Shown here: positions 24,389 to 38,100 of the stretch, piece after piece
Numbering within the stretch: the first letter of the stretch is position 1
Layout: each line of letters begins with the position of its first letter
NCBI GenBank assembly: GCA_000934665.2
Contig: JYFJ02007222.1
Location: forward strand, 1 to 41,372
DNA length: 41,372 bases
Source: Catajapyx aquilonaris
Lineage: Eukaryota
Direction: 5' to 3'
The notes under the pieces: generated by a model
Databases searched by the model: none
What the model was told of the DNA's origin: nothing
What the model saw: only the letters and a program-made list of their open reading frames with translations
Made by a program: the position numbers and the translations under genes

Positions 24389-25091
24389 TTTGGCTGTACT
24401 TCCAGATCATTGTCGTCTTTTGCTCATGGCGTAAGCAACTTTCAGAAGCACGAGGGTGTTAAAATTAATGGCAGACATTTTCTCAATGTCCCGGATACGA
24501 TGGGTTACAGGTGGTGAACCTAGTAAATAGGTGGCTTTAAAGAAGGGCGTGATGCACACGCAGACGAGACCAGATAAGGCATGGCAAATTGCATAGATTA
24601 ATCTGCAGCCAAAGTAGTGACATGGGGTTCATTTGCGTTTTACTGCCGTGACGTCAATGCCGTGTCTTCAGGCTAATTTGTTTACTCAATTTTTTGGTAT
24701 CGAACAGGAAAGCGGTCATTGATATTGGCAGTGACGTCAATAAGGGTGAACTTCTCCAATTATGAGCTGCCACAATTTTTGCGTTAATAATTTTGGTAAA
24801 TTAAAGGGCACTGACACTGTATGCATGTAGCACTAAAATATTTCCTTCGGCTATAGGTCCATATTTCTTCAGGCTTGTTACTGTAACCAGGCCTGGGGTA
24901 AATAATTTTCGTGCATCTTCACGGTTGTAGTTTCCAAGACAATTTGTAACCTCGCGTGTGCCATCCCAGCCGTCGTTTCCTAACTCCATGGGAACCAGAG
25001 ACTCCGAACAAAAATCCTCGCCTGTGGGACCCTCTCGCCCTCGGATGCCATTTTTTTTCAGTTCCGGGTTGACCTCTCTCGTATACAGTTN

Positions 25092-25149
<58 letters not shown>
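25092..25149. repeat. (TC)29 microsatellite abutting an assembly N
   Basis: Read directly from the sequence. The N at 25091 means the true length is uncertain. Confidence 0.97.
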
Positions 25150-25155
<6 letters not shown>

Positions 25156-25462
25156 TGGACAAAAGCCGTTTTCTGCCGCAACAGTAGCTCTCGCGCAAAG
25201 AGATTTAACGACCGACACTGACGTTAATCTCTACCTGTCTTACGTATGCAATTTTTGCAGTTTTACTGCCCGTAAAATGAGTTGGTGGAATTTGAGTCAG
25301 ACTTTTCAGAGGGGGGATGGATTTGCGAATGGGGAATGTTGCGGAAACAGTTTTGCAATATACTCGTACAACTGGCCGGAGCTGAATTTAGGACTGGGGT
25401 TTTATGTGCTTAGCAACTGTTTTATTGGCGCCGAGACTTCTTGCAAATGAATGCTCTATATG

Positions 25463-25689
25463 CAGGGTGTGCTGTGATAATACCTAGAAAGTTCTAGGAG
25501 TAAATTCCTGCAAACCAGACGCTCCTTTTATGTGGAAATGTCATTTGGTCTCGAGAGGCTCATTACCGAGATAGTAGTTTCAAACATGGCATGGCAGATA
25601 TGCGTCTTCCAAACGACCTTGCCTTTTTAAATTTTAATGCTGAGCAATTTTAATGCACTATTCATCAGTGTTATTACCGGAACACCCTG
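25463..25689. mobile_element. ~227-bp older Tc1/mariner-type MITE
   Basis: CAGGGTGTGCTGTGATAATAC ... GTGTTATTACCGGAACACCCTG-TA: degenerate TIR, left flank TG. Confidence 0.55.
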
Positions 25690-28600
25690 TAGAGAGAGGA
25701 ACTTTACAGGATTTAAATGGTGAGACCGCGTAGAAATAGCTCATATTCCGGATGGGTAACCTCAATCTACTGGGACTCCCAATTATTGCTGCTCACATGA
25801 CGGCGCAGGGTTATTCAATTATGCCAGAGTAAGACCGGAATTAGATACATAATCAGGCGTAATTGTACATTCCCGGAATGAACTCTTCGATAAACTGGCG
25901 GAAATTTTTATGCCAGGAGACAATGAGCAAGTTGCGTCAATGGCTTATTTCTCGATAATGACTTTGCAATGAACAGAAAGCTCTCTTGATGCAATAATAG
26001 GGGTACAAAGTGGAGTTGCGTTTCAGGGGGATCAAATCGCTAAAGATTTTGACAAAATTAGGCTAATCTGTCTTTGACTAAATGACAGTGCGGGACTTCG
26101 TAAGCTCATCAGTAATGTGATTGCAAGGATTAGTTGCTGGCTGCGACGAAGATGTTTGGTGCTGGAAATGTCCAAAGTTCCAATTGCGGATTGTGAGCTT
26201 GTTTTAGTCGCTTCGTTTGACTCCAATCTGCCAGAATTGAACTTTACTCGTTTGAAGTAATTAATAATACAGCATTACACCATTACGTACCAAAGACTGT
26301 CACTAACATTTTGCAGACTACATAATTAGTACCTACTAAATATTGGACAAGGATTGCGTCATGTTTGTCATTACAATCTTTACCTTAGAGCGCAAAGTCG
26401 AAGCAAGATTGAAATTAATATTAATCACCATCATGTTTTAATAACGTGTTGCAACTTGTCACTTTGTTTTCGCTATAAATACTTGACAAAATTTTAAGTG
26501 CAGCACTGTACTGCATGCGCAACAATAGCTGTTGTCAAACGAGCATCGCCCGTGACGTACCGACCTGACGTCTATAGTTGTTGACAGAGTAAGTAATTAG
26601 TACATATCAATCATTAAACAGTTCCGGTCGAAGGTCATCAGTGCCCCTGTTCAGCCCTGGCAAAAACAGCAGTCACAACTCATTTCGAGTAATGCTTTTG
26701 GACAAGAATATACTATTCTATATATGCCCTGTGGATTACAGTGGAGTCAATATAAATCCCTGTCAAATGCAATTAATGGCGACCTGAACCTAGTGCGGTA
26801 CTATATAAAATGATAACAGTTTTTATTAGCTTTGTCGTGCGATGTATCTGTGCAAAACTAGTCGTATTAATTGCCCAAGGGGCTTTTTTCAGCATGGTGG
26901 GCTCCCCGGTAAACTATGGCTTTAATGAAGGGTGAGGCTGATGGATTAACACGATTGCGAATGCAAACTATGTCCATAATTTCATATGCTCGTCGTTGCG
27001 TGTTACTCCTCTTGTTTGCGTTTATGAAAATATGTAGATTGCAGCACCTGTCACAAGGGCAAACGGGGTTGTTTTTCCTGTAAAACCGGAAGTTTGCCTT
27101 TGCTCCAGATTTGAGCTAATTACTTGGGGCTACATTTCCGGGGGTTCTCAAAAGAAGCCGCAAATTTGAGCTGCAAATAAGTGTGTGTCAAGACCTTAAG
27201 ATTGGTGGATGACTGCTCTCGACAGCTTGCGGCTTCGCATGAGACAACATGATTTCGGCGAATGATTTACTGCCGGTTTTTACTGCGTAGGTAGGTTTGG
27301 AGCATCTGTGCAAAATGGACACAAATATTCAAAATTGAGGTAAAATTTAAGTAATTAATTAATAGAGTCATGGCCCTATGTGAAGGGTGATATGCAAGAA
27401 CTAAAACATAAACAGGGACAAAATTTTACTTAAATTTAATAAGGAGTGCATGTTAATTGCGGTTAATTAATATAAAGGTTCAATCTCTGAAATGTGGAGA
27501 ATTCTTGTTTTTATGTACATATTTATTTACTTATTTATTTGTGTATGTCCTATCAATTTTATTTCATTTACGCTTGTATTATTTTTAGGTCAACAATGAT
27601 GTCTTACAGCTTGGTAGGAAATATTGTTTTCGCTGAATTATTATTTTAAATATTTTTGTGAATGTTGCAGTGAATTCATGCCCTTTTGCTCAGATTCTCC
27701 GCATGTACGCATAAAAGTACAGGTGGGTCAATTGCACATCACTGAAGGATTTTTCAAAGGGCGCGTTATTGTAAGATTAATTACCATTGTTGCGGCAAAT
27801 TAAACAAAATCGTGGTTTTGATGGTATTTCAACGTGTCCGAAAGTCTTATTTTGTCTCGCGGATTGTTAGTTAAGCCCCCTGTAAATATGACCTTCCCCT
27901 ACAGAATAATTAAAATAAAATAAACTGATGGACGTGACGTCCTGTGGTCAAAGTCTGACGTTACCCTTCGGAGGGAGTCCTCATTTTTGCCTGGTTTTAC
28001 AACGTTGATCTATTCTCGCCCAGCAGAACACCGTATATTGAAGGCAGCACATCTGCAAAGGAAGTCAAATACACTTTTTGCCATTTGCCTCATTACCTAT
28101 GCACTTTCGAACAAGCGCTAATTGCAAGCGTGAATTGCTAATTCCAGCCTCATTCGTTCCGATAGAAAATTCATAAGCTCACGGTCAGAGTACAGGACAC
28201 ACGCTGGTAGGTTTTCCCATGTGAACACAGCATAAGGCCGATTCGATTTTAAGCCCGCCAAAGGCATACATACACGTACAACTTAGCAACACTCTCTGTT
28301 CGGATGTCATCACGTTGATTAACTGCGCGAATTATTAAATAACCGGCCGGACTACAAAGGTGATGAAGTGTGTCTAGAGAGTGCTGCTCTTAAAAGGGAC
28401 AGATTTGTGCATTTTGTGCAATTAGTCGCGGATTACCTATACATAGGCCTCTATGTTTCTACTTGTACGTGTGACTTGCCACTAGCGCTGTGCATGTAGT
28501 TATCGACTGGCTATAGATAAGGTGGCAATGCATTTTAATGATTTTATCTGAGCAAGGTTACTGACTGCAAATGCCATCGCGTAATTAAAATGTCCAACAC

Positions 28601-29459
28601 AGCAGTTTTCAGCTCCCAGTGTAAAACATGCTAAATGTCATTAGTTGCAACGAGTGTAATCACCTGCAAAATGTACACGTGCCATTTTTTTGTATCTAAA
28701 TATGCGAATCCCCTGGTAAGCTCAGGATTTAATTGTGCTGTCAATTGCGGTTTTTTGCGTAAATCGTGCAAAAAAGCTATTCCGTAAAAGGGGGTGAGTT
28801 CACGCATGAAGCAGACGGCCTTTTTATCCTGTCCTCTGGGCGTGTTTGACAAGCACTCTCAGAGCGAGAGAACTTCCAAGTCTTCAGGTACACTCCACGT
28901 ACATTAGCTCACAAACTTTAGAACTTGGAAGTACAGTCCCCTGGAGACCGTGATGCTATTTGGTATAACGAAGAGTATAGGATTTCAAATGGAATTGATT
29001 CGCGACATGCATGGTGTTCCGCACATCAAAGGGACTTCTCTCTCAATTTTTTAACAAACGGACCCCTAGTTTACTTAGGTTGGCAGGGCATGTTTTGTCG
29101 CTTGGATTAATATCACCTCCCGGTGGACGCGTGGAGGGGAAATTGTTTAGTGTCATGTCAAAAGGGGTCGGTCGGGTCGTTGGAAAATTAGGTGAGGACC
29201 AGGTTTTTGAGATAACCTGATTTTTTACGCTAAGTACAACATGCCACATAAAATCATCTTTTGTTGTAAGTCCGCTTGATTGCTAGGCTGCAGTTAAATG
29301 AATCAAAATTATTACTAACAGAGGTGTTCAGTTGGACGTAATTTGGCCAATCATTTGCTGTTTACTAATTTATAGGTTAATTTTATCGGCCAGTGCGCCA
29401 GATATGAGCATGCACTGTGACCTAGTTAGTTATCTACACAGTGCGTAGCAACAAAAAGT

Positions 29460-29660
29460 GCTGCAAAAACACGAAAATTTGAGGTTCAATTTTTCAAACG
29501 AATAAATATAATTCGAAACATTTTTACCAATAGTATAGGACCTTACTTGGGATGGAACACGACCTACTTTTTCTTGAAGAAGGCCTGCAAAATTAGTTAA
29601 AAATGACAAAAGAAACCCCAGATCTTTCAGAGTCGGAATGACTTTCCTTTCCTCATTGTC
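29460..29660 (-). pseudogene. Decayed non-LTR RT thumb-region fragment
   Basis: KVIPTLKDLGFLLSFLTNF...IGKN...KLNLKFSCFCS resembles 'V..IKDLGV.FDSKL.F..HI...I.RN...TLKLLY.S.VR'. Confidence 0.35.
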
Positions 29661-32600
29661 TCTCCAGCTCAATTTTAAAAGAAAAAGAAGTAGGTTGACA
29701 TCCATCCATGCTGGTATCTCAGATTTCCTCGGAGCAGAATGACACAGACAAACGAACAGGAAATTAAAAGCGTTTATTTGCAGACTCGTTTTCCAGGTTC
29801 TTCCTGGAAAACTTGTGTTTTGGAGAAATCTGTAAGCAGTGGTTCAAGTACATATTCTCATGACTCTTGGGAGCTCGTTGTTTTCACCTATATAAGGCAG
29901 CTCAATTTATCGGTGCTGTGATGTGGTTAGTTGCAGTCGGTTGCGTCTGTCTCGCTGAATGCAGCCCGGAATCATAGGTTAACGAAGCCGGAATAATATA
30001 CTACAAGCTTAAAACAATGGGGAAAGCGCTTTTGTGCTGATTTCCTCCGAGGGAAACCTGAGCGATTCCCCGGGATAAATTATTATAGCTTCATTTCCAT
30101 TTGCGTATTCTGGAAACTCATGTATAGATTTATCCTCCATACATGATTATACATTTTAGAGTGAGCTCTTTCCAGACTAATTGCGGACATTTTTCTGGTG
30201 AAATATCACCATCGGTTTTTCCCCCTTCTTTTATTATCCGAACTGTGTTCACGTCAGAGGTGATGGATCGAGCACGTCAAACCGGTTTCATGAGACCCCG
30301 GGTTCAGAAATATATTGCAAGTTCCTGGAGTGCGCAAAAGAAAAGGTCCTGGCGTAGTTGGTGACATGCCTCGCGATTCCGGAATTCCGAATGGACGCTT
30401 CCCTTCGGAATCCGGGAGAAAGCCAAGTCTTGTTCCGGGCTCGGAGATATCTCTCCCAAGCCGAGTATTTCCATCCGGAGTTTCCCTCCCTTTTGTGCGG
30501 GCACAATGGCGGTCCACACCCGACCCAAAATAAAACTCTTGTTGCTCCTTTCCATCCACTCTTAGTCGGCTCTTTGTGCCCTGCTTTTTTTCGCTTGATC
30601 AATAACCGCTATTTGGATGCCAATGGGTCTGAACACCAGCACTTGGCTCCCAGGAGTAAACCCATAGAATAGACGGGCGTGAATTATACGAGGCCGATGA
30701 CTTCTAGTTAACTCGGCTTTAGAAAAAAAGCCTTGGCGTGACTTGCTTGAGCTAGAACCTGTTTAGCACATTGCCGATTTGTGCTTGAAACGAATTGCCG
30801 AAATTTAGTTATATACTGTAGATGAGTTTTTTACGAACTCAACCGAGTGCGCACCTACAATCGCGCAAGTCAATTGTTCCGACAACAGCGTTGCCACAAT
30901 TACTCCTCAGGGGCTAAATTCCCACCGGTAGCCAAGCCGCGTTTACATGTCAGCGAGATATTGCAGCGATGTCATCGCCGAGTGAAAGAAACAATCGTGG
31001 TAACAATATATTTTCGCCCCAAACAAATTGGTCTACTCGGCGGATCAAATCTCTCCCATGTAAACGTGGCTTTGGTTCGTCCCAGAGCCTTGGCAACGTC
31101 GCAAAAGTCGGCCATATTATTACTCCCTCAGGCGTAGTGTTGTAAACAATTTGCGCGAACTGTGTTGCGCACCCGGTTGCGCTCTTTAAAAAATTCACCT
31201 ATAGCAGAGAATATTGCGGGGAAATTTTTTTAACAATTATTCCACCCAACCCATTTAAGGCATGAGTAAAAATGCAAATATTTGCCCCATTTGTACATAA
31301 TTCGCATATGCATGCCCAGATTCTTGAATAATACAACACAAAGCGTGCCATGTGCTTATTCCGTGTATCCAAGATGCATCTCTAAGAACATGTCAACGCT
31401 GAGTTATTGACCGCAGCAGGCAATAGATCCTGCCACTTCTGCATGACATCAAGTGCATTGTCGCTGAATGTGTTTTGGCGCAGTACTCGACTTTTAGGCG
31501 ACATAATCAATTCCACTCGACAACTTGTAGACTCTCGAGTGCTCGTGCCTGCAGCCTCCTGTTATTTCAAACCGCGTTTTTTGTTGCCGGGTTATATTGC
31601 GTGAATAAAAATGCAATATTGAATCTGGCTGGCAGGACTGCGGAGGAAATTATAATAGAGTTATATACAGGATGAGTCAAAAACTGGCCTGAATTTCTGA
31701 CTCACCGTGTGCAATCTTCTCACGCGATGCATCACAATGGGGGTACTATTGATGGCGTGATTTAATCCCCGCCTATTCCCCCAAACTTTTTTATGCGAAA
31801 GTGTTCGCTTCAACACAAAGTAGGCCATAACTCATGAGCATAGTGTAAGAGAAATGATTGGCCTGAACTGGACGGGCTTACAACCCTTGCAGGGTCGATA
31901 AGGAAAAGAGTTTCCCCGGAAATTTTAGTGAGGTCCACGTGCCCTAGCTCCCGGAAACTGTTCCGAAAAAAAAGTACGGGATGCACATTTTCCCATCTGC
32001 GTCTCGGGTTCAAAATCCGGAGAGTTCGTCACGTCCACAGGTATGCAGTCACAAATGTTCGGAAATACTGACAGAATCTGTCCGGTTCCGAGAAAATCCG
32101 GGGGTTGACAAGATGAATCGTCGGAATCTAGAGCCAGGACTAGTTTGTCATTTTTCAAAAACTTTTTTTCGTGCTTTTTTTTTTTTTTGGAAAGCGTATG
32201 CCAATAGGAGCTGGCGGACGTTGCGTGGCGCATTTGCAGTATTTTGGTAAAATCAATAAGGTGCAAAATATGAGCAGGTAGGAGGAATGCAATTTTTTAA
32301 AATTAGTTTTTATTTATCCTGACAGGTGCACTTCCCTCCTAACAGAAGAGATGCTTTGGTTGCTCCTCACAGTCAGGATAAATGACATTCATTCAGCCTG
32401 GATCTGAAAAGCATTTTCTGAAGGATTCAGAACGAGAATAACTTCATTGGACGTCCCAGATGTTGATGAAATTCCACACATTTTTGGTGGGTTGTGGCAA
32501 AGATTCCGACCCAGATTCTCTTCCATAAGATCGAATCCAACCGGTTCCATTAATCAGACCAGAATGTGGCCACGGGCAGTTTGTTCTTGTTTATCGGAAA

Positions 32601-34321
32601 CAATAGCGACGTAGAATTGAAAAATGTAAACAGGAAGCGTTGCATTTTTTTGATTTACCGCCAGTGCAAACATCCCTTTGCTGCTGGCTGAGTTGAGCTA
32701 ATGAATTAATAAGTCTCGGAAAAAACCCGGTCCGGTTTTACAGTAGTGTTTCGGGACAGGTTTATGCTAAAACTGGGCTGTTTGGCGACAAGCCGATTGG
32801 ATTTTTGGCTCGTGCTGAGAGCGTCTATATCCATAGTCTATCAGCTTCTGACATTGCCGTAATGGGGTAGATAATGGCTTTAAAGACAGCTTTCGCAAAG
32901 TGCTACCGTGTCTTTGAGGCCATATCAAATAGCTTCCGACCGGTATTATCCAAGGAGAAGAAATGGCAGTTAAAATCAACGTACATTGGGAATTTTTGGG
33001 AGGCATGCAAATAACATTGATACCGAACGACTTTAAGCAAACTTCCTTCAAGTATACTGTAACACAACTGAAACTTGGAAACCTCGCACTGTACTGTTCC
33101 GGATCGACAGGCCCTCGAGCACCTCTCTATGCCAATCAACGGCTACAAGCCCTTCAAAAGTTCCATTGATCATTTGACCCCAAGGTTCGAATATGCAAAA
33201 AAAAGCCCACCGAAAGTGACGACTTTACCAGAAGGGTCCTGCTGAATTTTAAAAAGTTTGAAAATTGAATTATGCCCAGAGTTTGAAAGTAAACTGCAGG
33301 AGTTGAGGTGACAAGAAACTCCACGTTAGCTTCTGCTCGCTTGGACAATGGCGTATAGGTGACAAAACAAACATAACTCCTGGAGCTAATTAATCCGTCT
33401 CGAACTTAAGTGCAGCAGCAGTTTGAGGTAGAGTAACAGAAGGTTCATTAGCGAAGTCCTTGGCTTGCTGGAGGACACATTTTGCACGTGTCCCTCGCTG
33501 ATGAGTCGAGAGATGCTGCTGGATCGCATCTAATTAACAGGATTCCCAATTAGGCTCAGAAGAGCATTTTTTCACGCACAATGTATTAGAAACTAGATCA
33601 TCATCATTTGGAAAACGAGCCAATTCTGATTCCCCAATCAAATTATTACGTGGCGTCTAGCGCGTGCAAGATTCATAATACTTTCCAGATATGTGACCCA
33701 ATTTTCGTCCAAATAGTTTTGTTATATAAAATTTTACCCAAATACGATTTCGACCTACAGCATGTTTTTTTCCCGTTTTCTTGCCTTTTGATCCGTTAGG
33801 GCGGTTAGGCGATCTAGTTTTATGGCAGGCTTTTCCCCCCTCCCACATGATTCTGCCTAGCACAGTTTACTGCATTGGCGATTTTTTTCGCACGTTTCTG
33901 GAAATGGCAGTTTCATTTGACGCTCCTTTCCGCTGCCCTGCTCCTTCATGCCTCTCCGTGGCGTTGAAAAAGACTCAGGGACACTCCACGAAAAAAAAAG
34001 GAGGAGAAAAAATGGCAGAAGAGAACGGCGCAGTTGGTGGCATCAGAGCTAATTCTGACAGATAGAGTGACTGAAATGGGCTCTAAACTAACGCCATTGA
34101 TCACCACTAGCAACGGATGTTATAATAAGGTTGCTTTACTTTTGCACATCAAAAGAGAAAGAACCGCCGTAACATTCAGCATTGATGCCCAAGGATTTTA
34201 TGTGAATTTTTTTTAATGGAAGATTTCAAATTGCTGAGTTAAATGTCGCTTACAAACATGCAGAAATTCGTATTCATATTTGCAAAAATATTGGATTGTG
34301 TTGTCTGATCGAATAGACTGA

Positions 34322-34448
34322 TGCCTGGTTGCACCAACAAAATTACCGGTCCGATAGCTCCTAACGGACCGATAGCACATGTTAAAAGGTCTACCTATCT
34401 GTCCATTAGGAGCTATCGGACCGGTAATTTTGTTGGTGCAACCAGGCA
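34322..34448. mobile_element. 127-bp young PIF/Harbinger-type foldback MITE
   Basis: 43-bp perfect TIR (TGCCTGGTTGCACCAACAAAATTACCGGTCCGATAGCTCCTAA) extending to 54 bp with 2 mismatches. TGA duplication at 34319-34321 and 34449-34451. Confidence 0.9.
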
Positions 34449-34886
34449 TGAGTCGTTTCATTTTCACGCCAACTTTGCGCAAGTCGAAATAATTCATACA
34501 ATAGCCTCTAGGCTGCTGCAGTTGCGTCAAAAAGAAACGTTCCTTTTTGCCCTCCGTACAATATTGCATGCATAATAAAGAACCTGCACTACCTGGATAC
34601 TGTTCGCACTTTTGTTGACTATATACACCAAAAAATATAAAATCCGAAAGGAATGAAGCAGTGCCAACGCCCCCAGCTCGTATATTACACAGTAAATAAA
34701 TGAGCACCGTCGACGCACATTAAACCGAACGACGTACCTGAAAACGAGCTGACGATATACACAGCTGTGATGGCCATTCGCATGCCAAAATGCTCTCGGT
34801 TCCAACAAAAAAGGCTGCAATTTTTGCCATAGGTCCACATCTTTTTTTATTGCACGACGAAAAGGAGGAGGGTTGTCCAAAAAAAT

Positions 34887-35161
34887 ATGCTGCGAGTCAA
34901 GTATGGTTACAACAAGGCCGGATCCTCCCTGGATCTGACCCAGGTCGGAACTAGCACTTCGGACCAATCCGGCGATGGATCCGGATCCGGATCGGATCGG
35001 TCTCAAGGCCGGTTTGTGGAAGGCAAGCTCCGGAGGGTGTTCACCACCAACTGTCGAAGAAGGTCGAGGAAGAAGGAGTTCAGACCAGGGTTCAACCTGA
35101 GCTTCTTGATGAAGGAACCACTCAGGGTGGTGCACTCCGTACCACTCAGCTTTCCACAAGG
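34887..35161 (+). CDS. Candidate (alternative first) coding exon of an unidentified host gene: MLRVKYGYNKAGSSLDLTQVG...KEPLRVVHSVPLSFPQ(G)
   Basis: A-rich start context (aaaaatATG), 91 codons of GC3-rich sequence standing out from the flanks, a Gly/Ser linker and basic RRRSRKK patch, and an end at the consensus donor GG|GTGAGT (phase 2). Confidence 0.6.
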
Positions 35162-38100
35162 GTGAGTACATCGAGTTCACACTGTGTCTTTTGCTGTTCG
35201 GATCCGACAACATGAGCAACGAGCGTCGTGTGAACCCGTCTTAATTTGTCTCCAGGGTTCTCATACGACGTAGTTAACCGACCATTATTTTTTCTGGCCC
35301 TTCAGGATCCGACTGAGTGCACTCTAATTTGGCGATAATTGTCTCCCGGAGCGAGAGCTGTCCTGGCCATAGGGGACAAAAAAAAGTTCGACCACTCTAA
35401 TAACAAGAGGGTGACACCAACTGTTCGCGAAATGGGGGTTCCTAAGAAAGCATTACGCGCCAGCATGGGCGTGAAATACTAATCACTGGCAAGTACGCCA
35501 ATTAAAAAAGGGTGCCGTAACTGCCGAGTTTAGTTGTTTTTTTTATATTATACGTTTATAGCTTTAAAAATGGGCGAGGACAGACAGTTTGAGTAATGGA
35601 TGTTAGAGTGTTAAGGCTAAAAAGGGTCTGAAACAGTGGCTCAATTTATGAGCCACCTTCCCCGCTGGGTTAGACTCAAGCTCATCACCAATTCGGCTCA
35701 CATACTACTCCGGAGGGCTCCGGAAATTCCGGAGCCTGCTAGGTCGGATTTCAACTTGACGATCATTATAGGGAGTGGAAGGCCTATAGTTTTCTCTAGT
35801 CCTCTCTTCACCCTCAGCTCGGCCTAACTCTGGTGCTGCCAGGCCAATTTCTTGATCGGAATAATGAACCTACTTGGAATCAAGGGCTGTGCTAATTAAA
35901 TCCACCACCTGCCATTATGAGTTGCCAAACTCTGCAAACTGCTTCATATGTAACTAGCTTGCGATTGGAGGATTATATCACCCTTGCATTCTTAAATTAT
36001 TAATATCCCTCCCATGGGTATTCTAACATGTCCAACCTTGAACATCTGACGTCTCTCCAACAGTGCAAATTCCCACCTGAACCAGGTCACCTTTTGTGCA
36101 CCAGTTTATCTCATTCCATCAGTCCAGAGGCATTGAAAGCGGCGCAGTACATACTCCACCAGAAACTACTCAAACACTGCGGAGATGTTGACATTCGGGT
36201 TGAAAACAAGGGTCGCCTGAGACACAAGCCCCAGTTGGGTCCATACAGACACAAAAATTGGGGATATGCAAATTAGCAATGGTCGCCGCCTTGCTGCACC
36301 GGAGGGATTCTCCGCAAATATTGGAGACTTCTCTTTTTTTCTCTCTGTTCCTTTCTTGTTATCCGGGGTTAATTCCGGGCGCCACCGGAGACGAGAACTG
36401 GAGCGGAATTGCAGACGAAAATTGTCTGCAGAAAAGAACAAAAGAAGCTCCAGTGGAAAATCGGGCATCAAATTCGCTTGTTATTCGACACTCACATACA
36501 CATTGATCCGATGTAATTGAATCAAGTTATGCGCCTGATCAAATATTGGAAATACTTAAAAGAAAAATAACTAATACGGACTCACACGCAGCTCACACGA
36601 TAATTTAAAATGGGATACAGGATGCTGAGCAGGATCGATAAAGTTTTTTGAGGTCCTCTAGGGTGCGAACACAAATGGCAAACTGCCTTTTTATTGTTCG
36701 CGGAATTGCGCCGGGTGTACCTGAAGGGCAAAGCTTAACCTGCTGCAGTGCAAAGTTGGACTGGGTTTTTACCTTTTTTTCTGAAAAAGTTACGTTGGAG
36801 CTTCAACTATTTCCAGGAAAATTTGTATAGAGTGGAACTTAGGTCAATGAAAAATTTATACTATATGCCACAAAAAAAATATTGCCGGACTTTATGGATG
36901 ACTCGGCCATTAACATATATATAAAAATAATGGCACGTGTGAAGGGGTCAGGGTCCCGGTTAAAGGTTACAGCGGCCCCTTTCGTACAGCCCGGGGCCGT
37001 CTTTCGCAATATTGTACCCGCAGCCACAACCGATGCAATTCCATCATGTGATTATTAGATTTTATTTTGCACAACAACGAGTAATTGCATATTTACACAT
37101 GTCTGGCCCGATAGGCAGGTGACCCCCGTGCTCTAGGTTAATCTAGTTAATCGGCAGCTTTTCGACCCAGCCGTTTGTTTGTTAACTGGAAAACCCGGGA
37201 TATCGAAACGGGAAAAATTAGTTATGCACCTCATTTGCATAACGGCGGCGACAATTTATGGCCGGTTGGAATATATGGCGACAATTTAATGCCTTTCCTT
37301 GGGGACTATTCAAAAAGTGACGCTGCTCGCCTCTGGACCATTTTCATGTGCTATTCATACTATACAGTATAATAGAATCGCTTACCTTCTGTATACACAG
37401 ACAAGGCAAACATTTTTTCATTAAAATATTTTGACATAATATGGTGTAGAGAAGGTATGCATAGAAGAGTCTGGCTAAATATATACATATTATCTCCCTC
37501 CAGCTGATTAGGTTTCCCTAAGTCCAAATCAATGGCAATTCCACGTGCAGGCAATATCTGGCCGGAATTAACAATCAGCAGGAGTAATCAGATTATTCAG
37601 GGGATCCGGGTTTTTCGAGAAGATGAGACTTTCCTTTGACGCGGATCCGACTCATCTGTGATGAGAAGAAGCCTGCTCGTGCATGGTCGGCATCAAAAGA
37701 ATTCGTTGTCATTTTCTGCTGGGAACCAATAAGACCACGTGTACGGCTGCAAGGAAAAATAGATTTCCGGGATTATACCCCCCGCAAATCCGATGCATGC
37801 AGATTTAATTAGCATGGTCTTACATCGTCGTAATATCTTGGACCATATGTCCCTGCAGGCCTTATTTCGGATCGTGGCTCGTTTCGGGGGGAATGGTGAG
37901 CTGCTGTGGCCAAAGGTCAGAGGTAATTTCCGCAGTCTATAGCTTTTCGCAGTGTGTTATTCCGATGCTGGAATTGCAGACCCCACGTGTCACCATCTCA
38001 TGTACTGTATAGTCAGCGAAAGTAGAGGATCAAAAAGTAGTTGACAATTGATTTGCGAAATTTTTGCAATAACTGGTCGTGACACTCAGGTGACTACTAG

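Noticed and set aside
24801..25221. RE/LS-repeat ORFs
   Set aside because: These are translations of the (TC)n microsatellite across an N.
30143..30672. Overlapping ORFs in several frames on both strands
   Set aside because: Local GC and CCGG richness depletes stops. There is no strong donor/acceptor pair and no recognisable protein.
31844..32040. Open frame ending at a CAG|GTATGC donor
   Set aside because: The phase-2 frame has no ATG and the ATG frame is short and phase 0. It is indistinguishable from chance without RNA data.
33498..33518. Hammerhead-like CTGATGA-GTC-GAGA-GAT
   Set aside because: The required GAAA after stem II is replaced by GCTG, and no stems I/III or cleavage triplet can be built.
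34213..34707. ORFs on both strands sharing MPGCTNKITGPIAPNG
   Set aside because: This is an artefact of the foldback MITE arms.
34527..35219. 230-aa minus-strand ORF (longest in the track)
   Set aside because: It is the antisense shadow of the GC-rich + strand exon candidate, with no recognisable domain or splice support.
35716..35742. GGCTCCGGAA-A-TTCCGGAGCC palindrome followed by CTAG as a Helitron 3' end
   Set aside because: CTAG is only 2 nt from the hairpin and is not followed by T, and no 5' TC end was identified.
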